Positions 48,658 to 57,585 are shown, counted from the stretch's first letter. The stretch is DNA of 64,000 bases from Minisyncoccota bacterium (GCA_041650615.1 JBAZKU010000001.1:23385-87384); one strand, 5' to 3'. Numbers and translations are program-made. The notes: a model not told the origin generated them from the sequence alone.

Positions 48658-48740
48658 TGCGCCGGGTAGGATTCGAACCTACGTAGCCCGAAGGCGACAG
48701 ATTTACAGTCTGTTGTAATTGACCACTCTACCACCGACGC
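48658..48740 (-). tRNA. tRNA-Tyr (anticodon GTA), class II
   Basis: The reverse complement reads GCGTCGGTGGTAGAGTGGTCAATTACAACAGACTGTAAATCTGT..CGCCTTCGGGCTACGTAGGTTCGAATCCTACCCGGCGCA. The anticodon loop is CTGTAAA. Confidence 0.75.
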
Positions 48741-48893
48741 ATTCATACAAAATAACACAAAATAACTTTTTTTGCATCTTTAGGATAATTACAACTTTTG
48801 ATGTAATTGACAAAACTACTATAATTTGTTATTTTTAGCTCCAATAACTAGATCTTTTAAAATTGAAATTTTCACTTTTGGAGGAATGAAAAA

Positions 48894-49310
48894 ATGAAAA
48901 AATTTCTATGTGGTTTTGTTTTGTCTGCTGTTTTTATATTGATATTGTGTACTTTGGGTGCAATAGCCGGTGGAAATTCTTCATTTTCCGCAAAGCATTC
49001 CTTAGAACAGCTGGGAGAATATTTTTTGTTTCTCGTCATGAGTTTGGCTTTTCTTGGCTTATATTTTACTTTTCTTGACAATGAATTAAAAAGCAAGTTA
49101 AAAGAAAAGGGGGAATTAAAAATAATTGTTTCTGGTTATATTTCCGTGCTCTTTCTTCTTCTTTTTTTAATAGGAGAGCATCCCATAAGGACAAATAAAT
49201 ATATTTTGATAATTATTACTATCATAGGTATATATAATTTTATAGTATCTTCAATTCTTTTGATTTCAAAAAAGTTTCCCCGGAGGACTCTTTCAGAAAA
49301 TGGTACTTAA
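48894..49310 (+). CDS. hypothetical 4-TM membrane protein
   Basis: Hydrophobic ORF followed by a terminator. Confidence 0.3.
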   Translation: MKKFLCGFVLSAVFILILCTLGAIAGGNSSFSAKHSLEQLGEYFLFLVMSLAFLGLYFTFLDNELKSKLKEKGELKIIVSGYISVLFLLLFLIGEHPIRTNKYILIIITIIGIYNFIVSSILLISKKFPRRTLSENGT

Positions 49311-49330
49311 TATGTTCATAATAAGCTTCC

Positions 49331-49358
49331 AAAGCCGACACTAAGTCGGCTTTTTATT
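49331..49358 (+). terminator. rho-independent terminator (AAAGCCGACACTAAGTCGGCTTTTT)
   Basis: Stem plus T-run. Confidence 0.6.
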
Positions 49359-49410
49359 TTTTTTGTTATTTTAAGAAAAGTATGCTATTATTTTATTTAG
49401 AAAATTAATA

Positions 49411-49517
49411 AACGAAGTGAATATAATTTTCTTAACCCTGTTAAATAATTTTTGCTTCGCAAAAATTGCCTAAAGGCATTTAACAGGGTGATGATTTTTA
49501 TAATCACTTCGTTTTTT
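49411..49517. repeat. about 107-nt nested imperfect palindrome immediately upstream of typA
   Basis: AAACGAAGTGA..TCACTTCGTTT outer arms, ACCCTGTTAAAT..ATTTAACAGGGT inner arms, central TTTTGCTTCGCAAAAA palindrome. Confidence 0.5.
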
Positions 49518-49528
49518 AAAAATCAATC

Positions 49529-51382
49529 ATGGAAATTAGAAATATTGCAATTATCGCTCATGTAGACCATGGCAAGACGACACTGACGGATGCCTTGATG
49601 AAACAAAATGGGGGACTTCAAGACGAAGGAATATCAATGGACTCAAATGCTCTGGAAAAAGAGCGTGGTATTACTATTTACTCCAAAAATACTTCTATCA
49701 CTTACAAAGGGACCAAGATAAACATTGTAGACACTCCTGGCCACGCTGATTTTGGTTCGGAAGTGGAACGAGTATTGCGCGCTGTTGATTCTGTGCTTTT
49801 ATTGGTAGATGCGGTAGAAGGACCAATGCCCCAAACTAGATTTGTCTTAAAGAAGTCTTTAGAATTAGGTATTAAGCCTATAGTTGTTATAAATAAAATA
49901 GACAAACCGGCTTCCGACCCGCATCGAGTGCATGAAGAAATTTTAGATTTATTTTTTGAATTAGGAGCAAGCGAGGAACAGGCAAATTTTGAAACAGTTT
50001 ACGCGATAGGACGCGAGGGAAAAGCTTTTAAGCACTTAGGAGATAAAAGTAAAGACCCGCCTAGACTCGGCGAGGCTGGTTTATCTCCGCTTTTGGATTT
50101 GATATTAAAATTCGTGCCTTCAGCTTCTTTAAATAAAAGTGGAAAAATGTCCGCGCAAGTTTTCAATTTGGGGTATGACAATTTTTTAGGCCGTCTGGCT
50201 ATTGCCCGAATTTATTCTGGGAAAATTTCTTCTCCCTCTCAAGTTTTTATAAAAGGAGAAACAGGAAGCCGAACCGGAAAGATAACAAAACTTTTTACTT
50301 TTGAAGGAATAAATAGAAAAGAAGTTTCTGCGGCAACAGCTGGCGATATTATTCTTTTAGCTGGGATACCGGATATTTATATTGGTGAAACTATTTGTGA
50401 AGATGAAAGCGTGGAACAATTGCCTCATATAGCAATTGATGAACCTACTTTGTCGCTTAATTTTTTAGTAAATGATTCTCCATTTGCCGGCCACGAAGGG
50501 AAGTTTATTACCTCTAGGCAGATAAAAGAAAGATTAGAAAAAGAACTTGAAATAAATGTCGGGTTGAAAGTTGATTTTTCTCCAGATCAAGGAGACAAAA
50601 TGGGTCCAAGTTTTTTCAAAATTTACGGAAGAGGAGAATTACATATTGCCATTCTTTTGGAAAACATGCGCAGAGAAGGATTTGAAATGCAAGTTTCTCA
50701 GCCGGAAGTTATTATCAAAGAAAAAGGCGGTGTTAAAACGGAGCCCTACGAAGAATTAGTAATTGACGTGCCGATGGAATTTTCCGGAACAGTTATAGAA
50801 AAAATTAATAAACGAAAAGGAATAATGAAAGATATGATGGAGAAAGAAGGCATTGGTAGAATTATTTTTGACATACCAACGCGGGGGCTTTTGGGGTATC
50901 GGGGAGAATTTATCATAGATACGAAAGGGGAAGGCATAATGTCTTCGCGAGTTACAGGTTTTAGAGAATATGCGGGAGAAATAAAAAAACGCGAATATGG
51001 TTCCATGGTCTCTATAGTCTCTGGCAAGGCAGTAGCTTTTTCCCTTGCAAATTTGCAGCAACGTGGTATAATGTATATTGAGCACGGCACGGAAGTGTAT
51101 GAAGGGATGGTTATCGGCAATGTCTTAAAAGGAGACGATATGTCGGTAAATCCCACTAAAGGGAAACAGCTTACCAATATGCGTGCATCCGGGACCGATG
51201 AAGCTATTTACTTAAATCCGGCCTTTGTTTTAAGCATTGAACGGGGGTTGGAGGTGATGAATGGCGATGAATATTTGGAAATTACTCCAAAGTCGGTGAG
51301 AATTCGTAAAAAGTATCTGACTGAACTTGATCGAGTAAAAGCAGAGAGAAAAAAAATTAAAAAAGAAGTTAATTTACCTTGA
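49529..51382 (+). CDS. typA: translational GTPase TypA/BipA
   Basis: IRNIAIIAHVDHGKTTL, DTPGHADF, NKID; EF-G-like domain order without domain IV; contains one in-frame 24-nt GC-rich unit (PPRLGEAG). Confidence 0.9.
   Translation: MEIRNIAIIAHVDHGKTTLTDALMKQNGGLQDEGISMDSNALEKERGITIYSKNTSITYKGTKINIVDTPGHADFGSEVERVLRAVDSVLLLVDAVEGPMPQTRFVLKKSLELGIKPIVVINKIDKPASDPHRVHEEILDLFFELGASEEQANFETVYAIGREGKAFKHLGDKSKDPPRLGEAGLSPLLDLILKFVPSASLNKSGKMSAQVFNLGYDNFLGRLAIARIYSGKISSPSQVFIKGETGSRTGKITKLFTFEGINRKEVSAATAGDIILLAGIPDIYIGETICEDESVEQLPHIAIDEPTLSLNFLVNDSPFAGHEGKFITSRQIKERLEKELEINVGLKVDFSPDQGDKMGPSFFKIYGRGELHIAILLENMRREGFEMQVSQPEVIIKEKGGVKTEPYEELVIDVPMEFSGTVIEKINKRKGIMKDMMEKEGIGRIIFDIPTRGLLGYRGEFIIDTKGEGIMSSRVTGFREYAGEIKKREYGSMVSIVSGKAVAFSLANLQQRGIMYIEHGTEVYEGMVIGNVLKGDDMSVNPTKGKQLTNMRASGTDEAIYLNPAFVLSIERGLEVMNGDEYLEITPKSVRIRKKYLTELDRVKAERKKIKKEVNLP
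50056..50079 (+). repeat. 24-nt GC-rich in-frame element CCCGCCTAGACTCGGCGAGGCTGG inside typA
   Basis: Same unit, frame and orientation as the ddl and secA copies. Confidence 0.8.
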
Positions 51383-51476
51383 ATGAAGACAGCCTAGTTG
51401 ACATTAAGTTAACGCAGGTGTATTATATAAATTGTAAATCTTTAATACTTAATTTAAAAAATATATTATAAAAATT

Positions 51477-52505
51477 ATGCCAACAATATCTTTCAAACCG
51501 AAGCAAATCACTAAAAAAATAACCTCCCATCTTCAAGAACGCACGCGCGATGTCATCATGAATCGCTTTGGCTTAACTGCTGATGCTGAAAGAAAAACCC
51601 TTGAAGAAATCGGCAAAAAGTACAATATTACTAGAGAGCGCGTTCGTCAAATTGAAGACGCTGCTTTGATATTGATCAAGAAGTCTCCTATTTATAAAGA
51701 ACAGCAAATTGTTTTTGACGAACTCAAAAGCTTGATGCACTCTTTAGGTTCCATTGTGGCTGAGCACGATTTGTTATCTCATATTTCGAAAGATAAAAAT
51801 ATTCAAAATCACATTCATTTTTATTTAGAGTTGGGAGATTTTTTCAAAAAGCATCGCGAAGACAACCATTTTAAAACTCGTTGGAGTGTAGATGATGAGA
51901 TGGCAGAAAAAGTGCATGATTCTCTTAAAAAACTTTATGCAAGTTTGAATGACGAAGATCTTATTCTAGAAGCGGAAATGATTAAAAAGTTCCTTGACCA
52001 AATGAAAGACATATCAGAACAATATAGAAACGATGAAATAACTAAAAGATGGCTTTCTATGTCTAAGACTATTTCCAAAAATCCGCTGGGCGAATGGGGC
52101 AAGACAAGCTCGCCAAATGTTCATACTCGCGGAGTAAAAGATTATGCTTTCTTGGTTATGAGAAAACACGGTTCACCGATGCATTTCAGGGAAGTAGCAG
52201 ATGCTATTTCCAAAACTTTCAATCGAAAGACGCACTACGCGACTTGTCATAATGAACTCATAAAAGACCCTCGCTTTGTTCTTGTCGGTCGCGGTCTTTA
52301 TGCTTTGGCTGAGTGGGGATACAAAACGGGTATTGCCAGAGAAGTTATACGAGATATTTTAAAAAGAGAAGGTCCGCTTTCTAAAGACGGTGTGGTAGAA
52401 AAAGTAATGAAAGAAAGATATTTCAAAAAAAATACTATTTTGGTCAATCTGGTAAATCCAAAGTATTTCAAAAAGAATAAAAACGGGCTTTATACCTTGG
52501 TTTAA
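51477..52505 (+). CDS. sigma-70 region-4-like HTH domain protein with large C-terminal domain of unknown function
   Basis: TLEEIGKKYNITRERVRQIEDAAL matches the sigma70 region 4.2 HTH; no region 2; the remainder is unassigned. Confidence 0.4.
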   Translation: MPTISFKPKQITKKITSHLQERTRDVIMNRFGLTADAERKTLEEIGKKYNITRERVRQIEDAALILIKKSPIYKEQQIVFDELKSLMHSLGSIVAEHDLLSHISKDKNIQNHIHFYLELGDFFKKHREDNHFKTRWSVDDEMAEKVHDSLKKLYASLNDEDLILEAEMIKKFLDQMKDISEQYRNDEITKRWLSMSKTISKNPLGEWGKTSSPNVHTRGVKDYAFLVMRKHGSPMHFREVADAISKTFNRKTHYATCHNELIKDPRFVLVGRGLYALAEWGYKTGIAREVIRDILKREGPLSKDGVVEKVMKERYFKKNTILVNLVNPKYFKKNKNGLYTLV

Positions 52506-52516
52506 ATATAACTGCA

Positions 52517-52558
52517 CACAAGTCAGACATGTGGGAACTCCCACATGTCTGACTTGTG
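52517..52558 (+). terminator. perfect 20-bp-stem hairpin (CACAAGTCAGACATGTGGGA-AC-TCCCACATGTCTGACTTGTG)
   Basis: Unusually long perfect inverted repeat after the 51477 gene; weak T-run (GGTTTT). Confidence 0.45.
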
Positions 52559-52722
52559 GTTTTAGGGTTCAATAATTCGTTTACTTTACTTGTTTTTTAT
52601 ATTAAAATATAAGTAATGATTGAGGATTTTACAAAGGTAGTCAAAGAGCTAGGAGTGTTTTTACTTATAGTTGCATTCGCGCTTCTTAGCTATTTCACTT
52701 TTAAATTTGATGTTGTAGCTCT

Positions 52723-54054
52723 TTGGGTTTACAAGATATTTCTTTTTGGAGTTTTGCCGATAGGGCTCACAATGTTCTTGGCTATACCGCGCATCAATTT
52801 TGGTTGCATTATGTGCAAGCAAGATTCATCTCTGGTATTGAATGGGTGCTTCTGGAAATTATTCCGCCGCGCGATGTCTTACGTTCTCCGAAAGCAATGG
52901 AGCTTTTTATAACCAACGCCCTCTATCATTTTAGTTGTAAAGGAGGACTTGAGACATATCAGCAAGGAGCAGTATGGTTTTGGTTTTCTCTGGAATTGGT
53001 ATCTATTGAAGGACAAGTGCACTTTTATATACATACCCCCTCGCGTATCAAAGGATTAATTGAGACTCAAATGTATGCGCAATTTCCCCAAGCGCAAGTA
53101 AAGATTGTGGAAGATTACACTTTGGCAGTTGATAAAATTACTCCCGATAGTACTTGGAACTTATGGGGTTGTGAATTTAAATTAACAAGACCCGACTCAT
53201 TCCCAATTAGAACTTATGTGGATTTTGGATTGGACAAAGATCCAAAGGAAGAATATAAAGTGGATCCTATTTCTCCAGTAGTGGAACTTTTTGGTTCTAT
53301 AGGCAAAGGAGAACAAATGTGGATGCAAATTGTTGTTACCCCTTCCAAGAAAAAATACCGCACTATGGAGAAAGGTCCCTCTCTTATACGTTTAGTAGAT
53401 AATATGTTGAAAGATGGCCTACTTTCTTGGTATGAATATCATGACTGGGTAAAAGAAGGAGAAATAACCATAAGAAGATCTTTGGCAGAATTTACACGTT
53501 ATCATGAAAGAAAAGGGATGTCTCCTGCAAAAGAAATTCGTGCTCCAGATTTCTTGAAGCCCATGATGGAAGGAGCTGCAAGGAAAATGTTAAAGGTTGG
53601 TTTTGATACTGGTATCAGAATATGCTATGTGGCAAAAAAAGAAGCGTTTAATATGAGTAATAGAAGAAATATTCGTCTTATTTTTCGCCAATATGCTATG
53701 CCTTTCGTAAATGAACTTACCCGCATAAATTCAACTCAGGCGGATGCTTTCGGCGGTAATATTATTTCTACCTTTTTCCCGCTTTCCAAGAAAAAGATTA
53801 TGCGTTTAGCGAACAGAATGCTCAATGAATATCGGGAGAGAGAATTTTTTCATCCGCCAATGCGTCACAAAATAGTATTGCCGTGGCCACTCTCTCCGGT
53901 TATTTTTCCGAACTTTTTTCATCATCATATCAATGTTTTAAACAGCGAAGAATTGGCAACCTTATGGCATTTCCCTGGTCAGATATTGAAAGTTCCTACT
54001 TTGGAACGTATAGAATCAAAAGAAGCCTCTCCACCTACCAATTTGCCGACATAA
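52723..54054 (+). CDS. hypothetical protein (possible N-terminal membrane anchor encoded in another frame at 52616-52912)
   Basis: Long ORF with no recognisable motif; overlapped by a 98-aa 2-TM ORF in a different frame. Confidence 0.35.
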   Translation: MGLQDISFWSFADRAHNVLGYTAHQFWLHYVQARFISGIEWVLLEIIPPRDVLRSPKAMELFITNALYHFSCKGGLETYQQGAVWFWFSLELVSIEGQVHFYIHTPSRIKGLIETQMYAQFPQAQVKIVEDYTLAVDKITPDSTWNLWGCEFKLTRPDSFPIRTYVDFGLDKDPKEEYKVDPISPVVELFGSIGKGEQMWMQIVVTPSKKKYRTMEKGPSLIRLVDNMLKDGLLSWYEYHDWVKEGEITIRRSLAEFTRYHERKGMSPAKEIRAPDFLKPMMEGAARKMLKVGFDTGIRICYVAKKEAFNMSNRRNIRLIFRQYAMPFVNELTRINSTQADAFGGNIISTFFPLSKKKIMRLANRMLNEYREREFFHPPMRHKIVLPWPLSPVIFPNFFHHHINVLNSEELATLWHFPGQILKVPTLERIESKEASPPTNLPT

Positions 54055-54167
54055 TTTACTACTCGTCCCGTACTAAATTTTTGAGTAAAAATTGTTATTA
54101 TTTAATATAATTAGAAAGAAAAAATAAATGATACTTATTAGTAAGAATTTAAAATTTTAGTACTGGG

Positions 54168-55115
54168 ATGGAAAATTTACCTTCATTGAATAATACCCCC
54201 GGTTTTTTTGATAGTAATTCTTTAAAACAAATTTTTTCAAAAAATAAGTTTGTTTTTTATATAGTTGGCATAATTATTATTCTAATACTTGTCTACTTTT
54301 TTCTTTTTAGCGCGCCGGGCGATTTTCCAGCCGGAACCATAGTAAACATAAAAGAAGGTTTAAGTTTGAGATATGTTTCTAGATATTTAAAAGAAAATCA
54401 TATAATTCGTTCAAGGGTTGCTTTTGAGACTTTTGCCATAATTTTCGGAGGTGAAAAGCATATAGTGTCAGGAGATTATTTATTTGAAAATAAAACACCC
54501 GTTTTGGAAATTGCCAGGCGAATATCCAAAGGTGAATGGGACTTGGCGCCGGTCAAAGTGACCATTCCGGAGGGTTTTGATATATCCGATATTTCAAAAG
54601 CCTTTGCTTTAAAACTGACAAATTTTGATGAAGTTAAGTTTTTATTGGAAGCGACAAAAAAAGAAGGCTATCTTTTTCCGGACACTTATTTTTTTCTGAC
54701 TACGGATAATGAGGAAGATGTATTGCAATCCATGAGTGATAATTTTGAGAAAAAAATAACACCAATTCTGCCTCAAATAATATCATCCGGCAAAACCGAA
54801 AAGGAAATTATAACTATGGCTTCCATAATTGAAAAAGAATCAAAGGGAGATGTTGATAGGGAATTTATTTCCGGAATTTTATGGAAAAGAATTATTATGG
54901 ATATACCTCTTCAAGTAGATGCTGACCTTAATACCTACAAAACAAAAGGATTGCCTAAAAATCCGATTTGCAACCCTGGTCTAAAATCCATAGAAGCTGC
55001 CATCTATCCAAAAAGTTCTCCCTATCTTTATTATTTGCATGACAAAGATGGCAATATTCATTATGCTAAAACTTTTGCCGAACATTTAGTAAATAAACAA
55101 AAGTATTTAAGATGA
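54168..55115 (+). CDS. mltG: endolytic murein transglycosylase MltG (YceG family)
   Basis: N-terminal TM helix and the catalytic EGYLFPDTYFF motif. Confidence 0.8.
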   Translation: MENLPSLNNTPGFFDSNSLKQIFSKNKFVFYIVGIIIILILVYFFLFSAPGDFPAGTIVNIKEGLSLRYVSRYLKENHIIRSRVAFETFAIIFGGEKHIVSGDYLFENKTPVLEIARRISKGEWDLAPVKVTIPEGFDISDISKAFALKLTNFDEVKFLLEATKKEGYLFPDTYFFLTTDNEEDVLQSMSDNFEKKITPILPQIISSGKTEKEIITMASIIEKESKGDVDREFISGILWKRIIMDIPLQVDADLNTYKTKGLPKNPICNPGLKSIEAAIYPKSSPYLYYLHDKDGNIHYAKTFAEHLVNKQKYLR

Positions 55116-55639
55116 GAAACCACAATTTAGCTTTTATAGATATAGAAACCACCGGACTGGATGTGATAAAGCATGAAATTATTGAAATTGGCTGTGTAAT
55201 AACGACACCGAAGCTTAAAATTATTGAAAAATTTGAATTAAAAATAAAACCGGAACGAATAGAAGATGCTGACCCCATATCTCTCAAGATTATTCATTAT
55301 GATCCTCTTAATTGGAAAGATGCTCAAATCCTAGAAGAAGCTATGAAAATTTTTTCTAAAAAAGTCAAAGACTGTATTATGGTTGGGCACAATGTATCTT
55401 TTGATTCGGGATTTTTAGAACATGCTTTTTCAAAAACTGAATCTAAAAATCTTATGCATTATCATAAACTGGACACAGTTTCTATCACTTGGGCTAAATT
55501 GCACAGAAAAGCAAGTATCAGGCATTTTTCTTTACGGGAATTATGCAAACTTTTTGATATAAAAAATGAACATCCCCATAGCGCCTTGTCGGACGCCTAT
55601 GCCACCTTTGAGCTTTACAAAAAGCTTATGAAGGTGTAA
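55112..55639 (+). CDS. DEDDh 3'-5' exonuclease (DnaQ-like)
   Basis: Exo I FIDIETTGLD, Exo II VGHNVSFD, Exo III HSALSDAYAT. Confidence 0.75.
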   Translation: MRNHNLAFIDIETTGLDVIKHEIIEIGCVITTPKLKIIEKFELKIKPERIEDADPISLKIIHYDPLNWKDAQILEEAMKIFSKKVKDCIMVGHNVSFDSGFLEHAFSKTESKNLMHYHKLDTVSITWAKLHRKASIRHFSLRELCKLFDIKNEHPHSALSDAYATFELYKKLMKV

Positions 55640-55711
55640 AATAAGTGGGTTCATAAGTTAGAGTTATGAACCGTTAAAGGGTGTGAGGCAAGTCGACTTT
55701 TTTAGTACGGC

Positions 55712-57016
55712 TTGCCTTTTTTATTTACAAACGCAAATAATATAGCTATTATGGCAATAATGCCAAAAGAGTTAAAAAATAAAAAAATAGTATTTGTCGG
55801 TTTATCAGGCGGTGTTGATAGCGCTGTTTCGGCAGCGTTGCTTAAAAAACAGGGATATGAAGTTGTTGGGGTTTTTATACGCACTTGGCATCCGGGATTT
55901 CTGGAATGTAACGAAGAAGAAGAACGTCTTGATGCGATGCGGGTAGCGGCGCATTTAGATATTCCATTTTTAACTTTTGATTTGGAAAAAATATATAAAA
56001 AAGAAGTTGCCGATTATATGATAAAAGAATACAGAGCCGGTAGAACGCCTAATCCGGATGTAATGTGTAACAAAGAAGTCAAATTTGGCGCATTTCTAAA
56101 AAAAGCAATTTCCATGGGAGCAGATTTTGTAGCGACGGGACATTATGCGAGCATTTCTGCAGAAGAATGTTTTTATGAGATTCCGGAGGCGCGTAGCTTG
56201 GGGCAGTCAAGGGTTTATCCCTTGACGGCGCAGCGCCGAGGACAAAGCAAGAATGCCGCCGGAGCATTCTTGCGTGCTCAGAAAAATATTTTTCTGCAGA
56301 AGGGGATTGATCCAACAAAAGACCAAAGTTATTTTCTTTGGACTTTAAAACAAGAACAACTAAAGAAAATTTTATTTTCCATCGGCCACTTGAAAAAAAC
56401 CGAAGTTCGCAAACTGGCAAAGAAATTTAATTTGCCGGTGGCAGAAAAAAAAGACAGCCAAGGCATTTGCTTTTTGGGCGCGGTGGATTTAAAAGAATTT
56501 TTAAAACACTACATTAAAGAAAAAAAGGGGAAAGTTTTAAATGAGAAAGGGGAGGAAATAGGATATCACGATGGAGTGTTTTTTCATACCTTAGGGGAAC
56601 GTCATGGTTTTACTATTACTAAAAAAAGCCCGAGTGACGGTCCATACTATATAGTAGGTAAAAATGTAAAGAAGAATATACTTTATGTATCACAGAATAT
56701 AAAGCAGATGCTTTTTCACGGCTCGCACTCGAACCTGAATGTGGTTCACGAACCTAATATTGCGTATGCCGAAAAAAGCACTGCTTTATATTCTGTAAAG
56801 ATTAAAAACACAAATTGGATTTCCGAAATTCCTAAACTAGGGAAACAATATACTACTCAAATTCGTTATCATAGTGAATTTTTGCCGTGTAAAATTAAAA
56901 TCATCAATAAGACAAAAGCTGAAATACTATTTAAGAAGCCCGTTTTAGTCGCTTCCGAGCAATCTTGCGTTATATATGATGGAAATATTTGTCTAGGAGG
57001 AGGAATTGTTATATGA
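55712..57016 (+). CDS. mnmA: tRNA-specific 2-thiouridylase MnmA with about 30-aa GC-rich in-frame insert
   Basis: PP-loop VFVGLSGGVDSAV, CNKEVKFGAFL, GHYA...KDQSYFLW; the insert is at about 56170-56300; the N-terminal start is uncertain. Confidence 0.75.
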   Translation: MPFLFTNANNIAIMAIMPKELKNKKIVFVGLSGGVDSAVSAALLKKQGYEVVGVFIRTWHPGFLECNEEEERLDAMRVAAHLDIPFLTFDLEKIYKKEVADYMIKEYRAGRTPNPDVMCNKEVKFGAFLKKAISMGADFVATGHYASISAEECFYEIPEARSLGQSRVYPLTAQRRGQSKNAAGAFLRAQKNIFLQKGIDPTKDQSYFLWTLKQEQLKKILFSIGHLKKTEVRKLAKKFNLPVAEKKDSQGICFLGAVDLKEFLKHYIKEKKGKVLNEKGEEIGYHDGVFFHTLGERHGFTITKKSPSDGPYYIVGKNVKKNILYVSQNIKQMLFHGSHSNLNVVHEPNIAYAEKSTALYSVKIKNTNWISEIPKLGKQYTTQIRYHSEFLPCKIKIINKTKAEILFKKPVLVASEQSCVIYDGNICLGGGIVI

Positions 57017-57023
57017 TATATAC

Positions 57024-57111
57024 ATGGATCCCGTTAGAAATAGGAAATCTTTAGATTTCCGTCTAGCTAACCAGATTCATAATTATTAGCTTAATTTCTA
57101 ACGGGATGGAA
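57024..57111 (+). repeat. start-codon-abutting bipartite inverted repeat, copy 7 (ATGGAT-CCCGTTAGAAAT ..53 nt.. ATTTCTAACGGG-ATGGAA)
   Basis: Distal arm ends at the ATG of the MgtC-family gene; direct ATGGA duplication. Confidence 0.8.
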
Positions 57112-57585
57112 CAATTTTTTACACAAAATGGGGACATTATTTTAAAATTAATTATTGCAGTTGTACTAGGTATGTTTATCGGAGCTGAACGTACCTTAGT
57201 GCATAAAGAAGCTGGAATGAGAACCCATGCTCTTGTTGCTATGGGTGCGGCTCTTTTTATAATTATTTCTGAGGCTATAGCTCTCCAATATATCAACATA
57301 GAAAGTTTTGATCCCACTCGAATAGCTTCTCAAGTTATTGTCGGTATAGGATTTTTGGGCGCTGGTTCTATTATTTTTTCCGGTTCTCGTTTGAGAGGTC
57401 TTACTACAGCCGGAGGACTTTGGGTTACGGCAGGCATAGGTATGGCTTGCGGTTTTGGACTTTTTAATTTGGCCATTATTTCTAGTGTTTTAGTCCTTTT
57501 CATTTTTATTGTCTTGAATATTTTTGAAAAGCCAATTATAAAAATTTCTGATGAGAATTTAAGCAAAGAAAAACACAACAGTTAA
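57106..57585 (+). CDS. MgtC/SapB family membrane protein
   Basis: LIIAVVLGMFIGAERTLVHKEAGMRTHALVAMGAALF matches the MgtC family N-terminal signature; start codon abuts the ATTTCTAACGGG repeat arm. Confidence 0.6.
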   Translation: MEQFFTQNGDIILKLIIAVVLGMFIGAERTLVHKEAGMRTHALVAMGAALFIIISEAIALQYINIESFDPTRIASQVIVGIGFLGAGSIIFSGSRLRGLTTAGGLWVTAGIGMACGFGLFNLAIISSVLVLFIFIVLNIFEKPIIKISDENLSKEKHNS

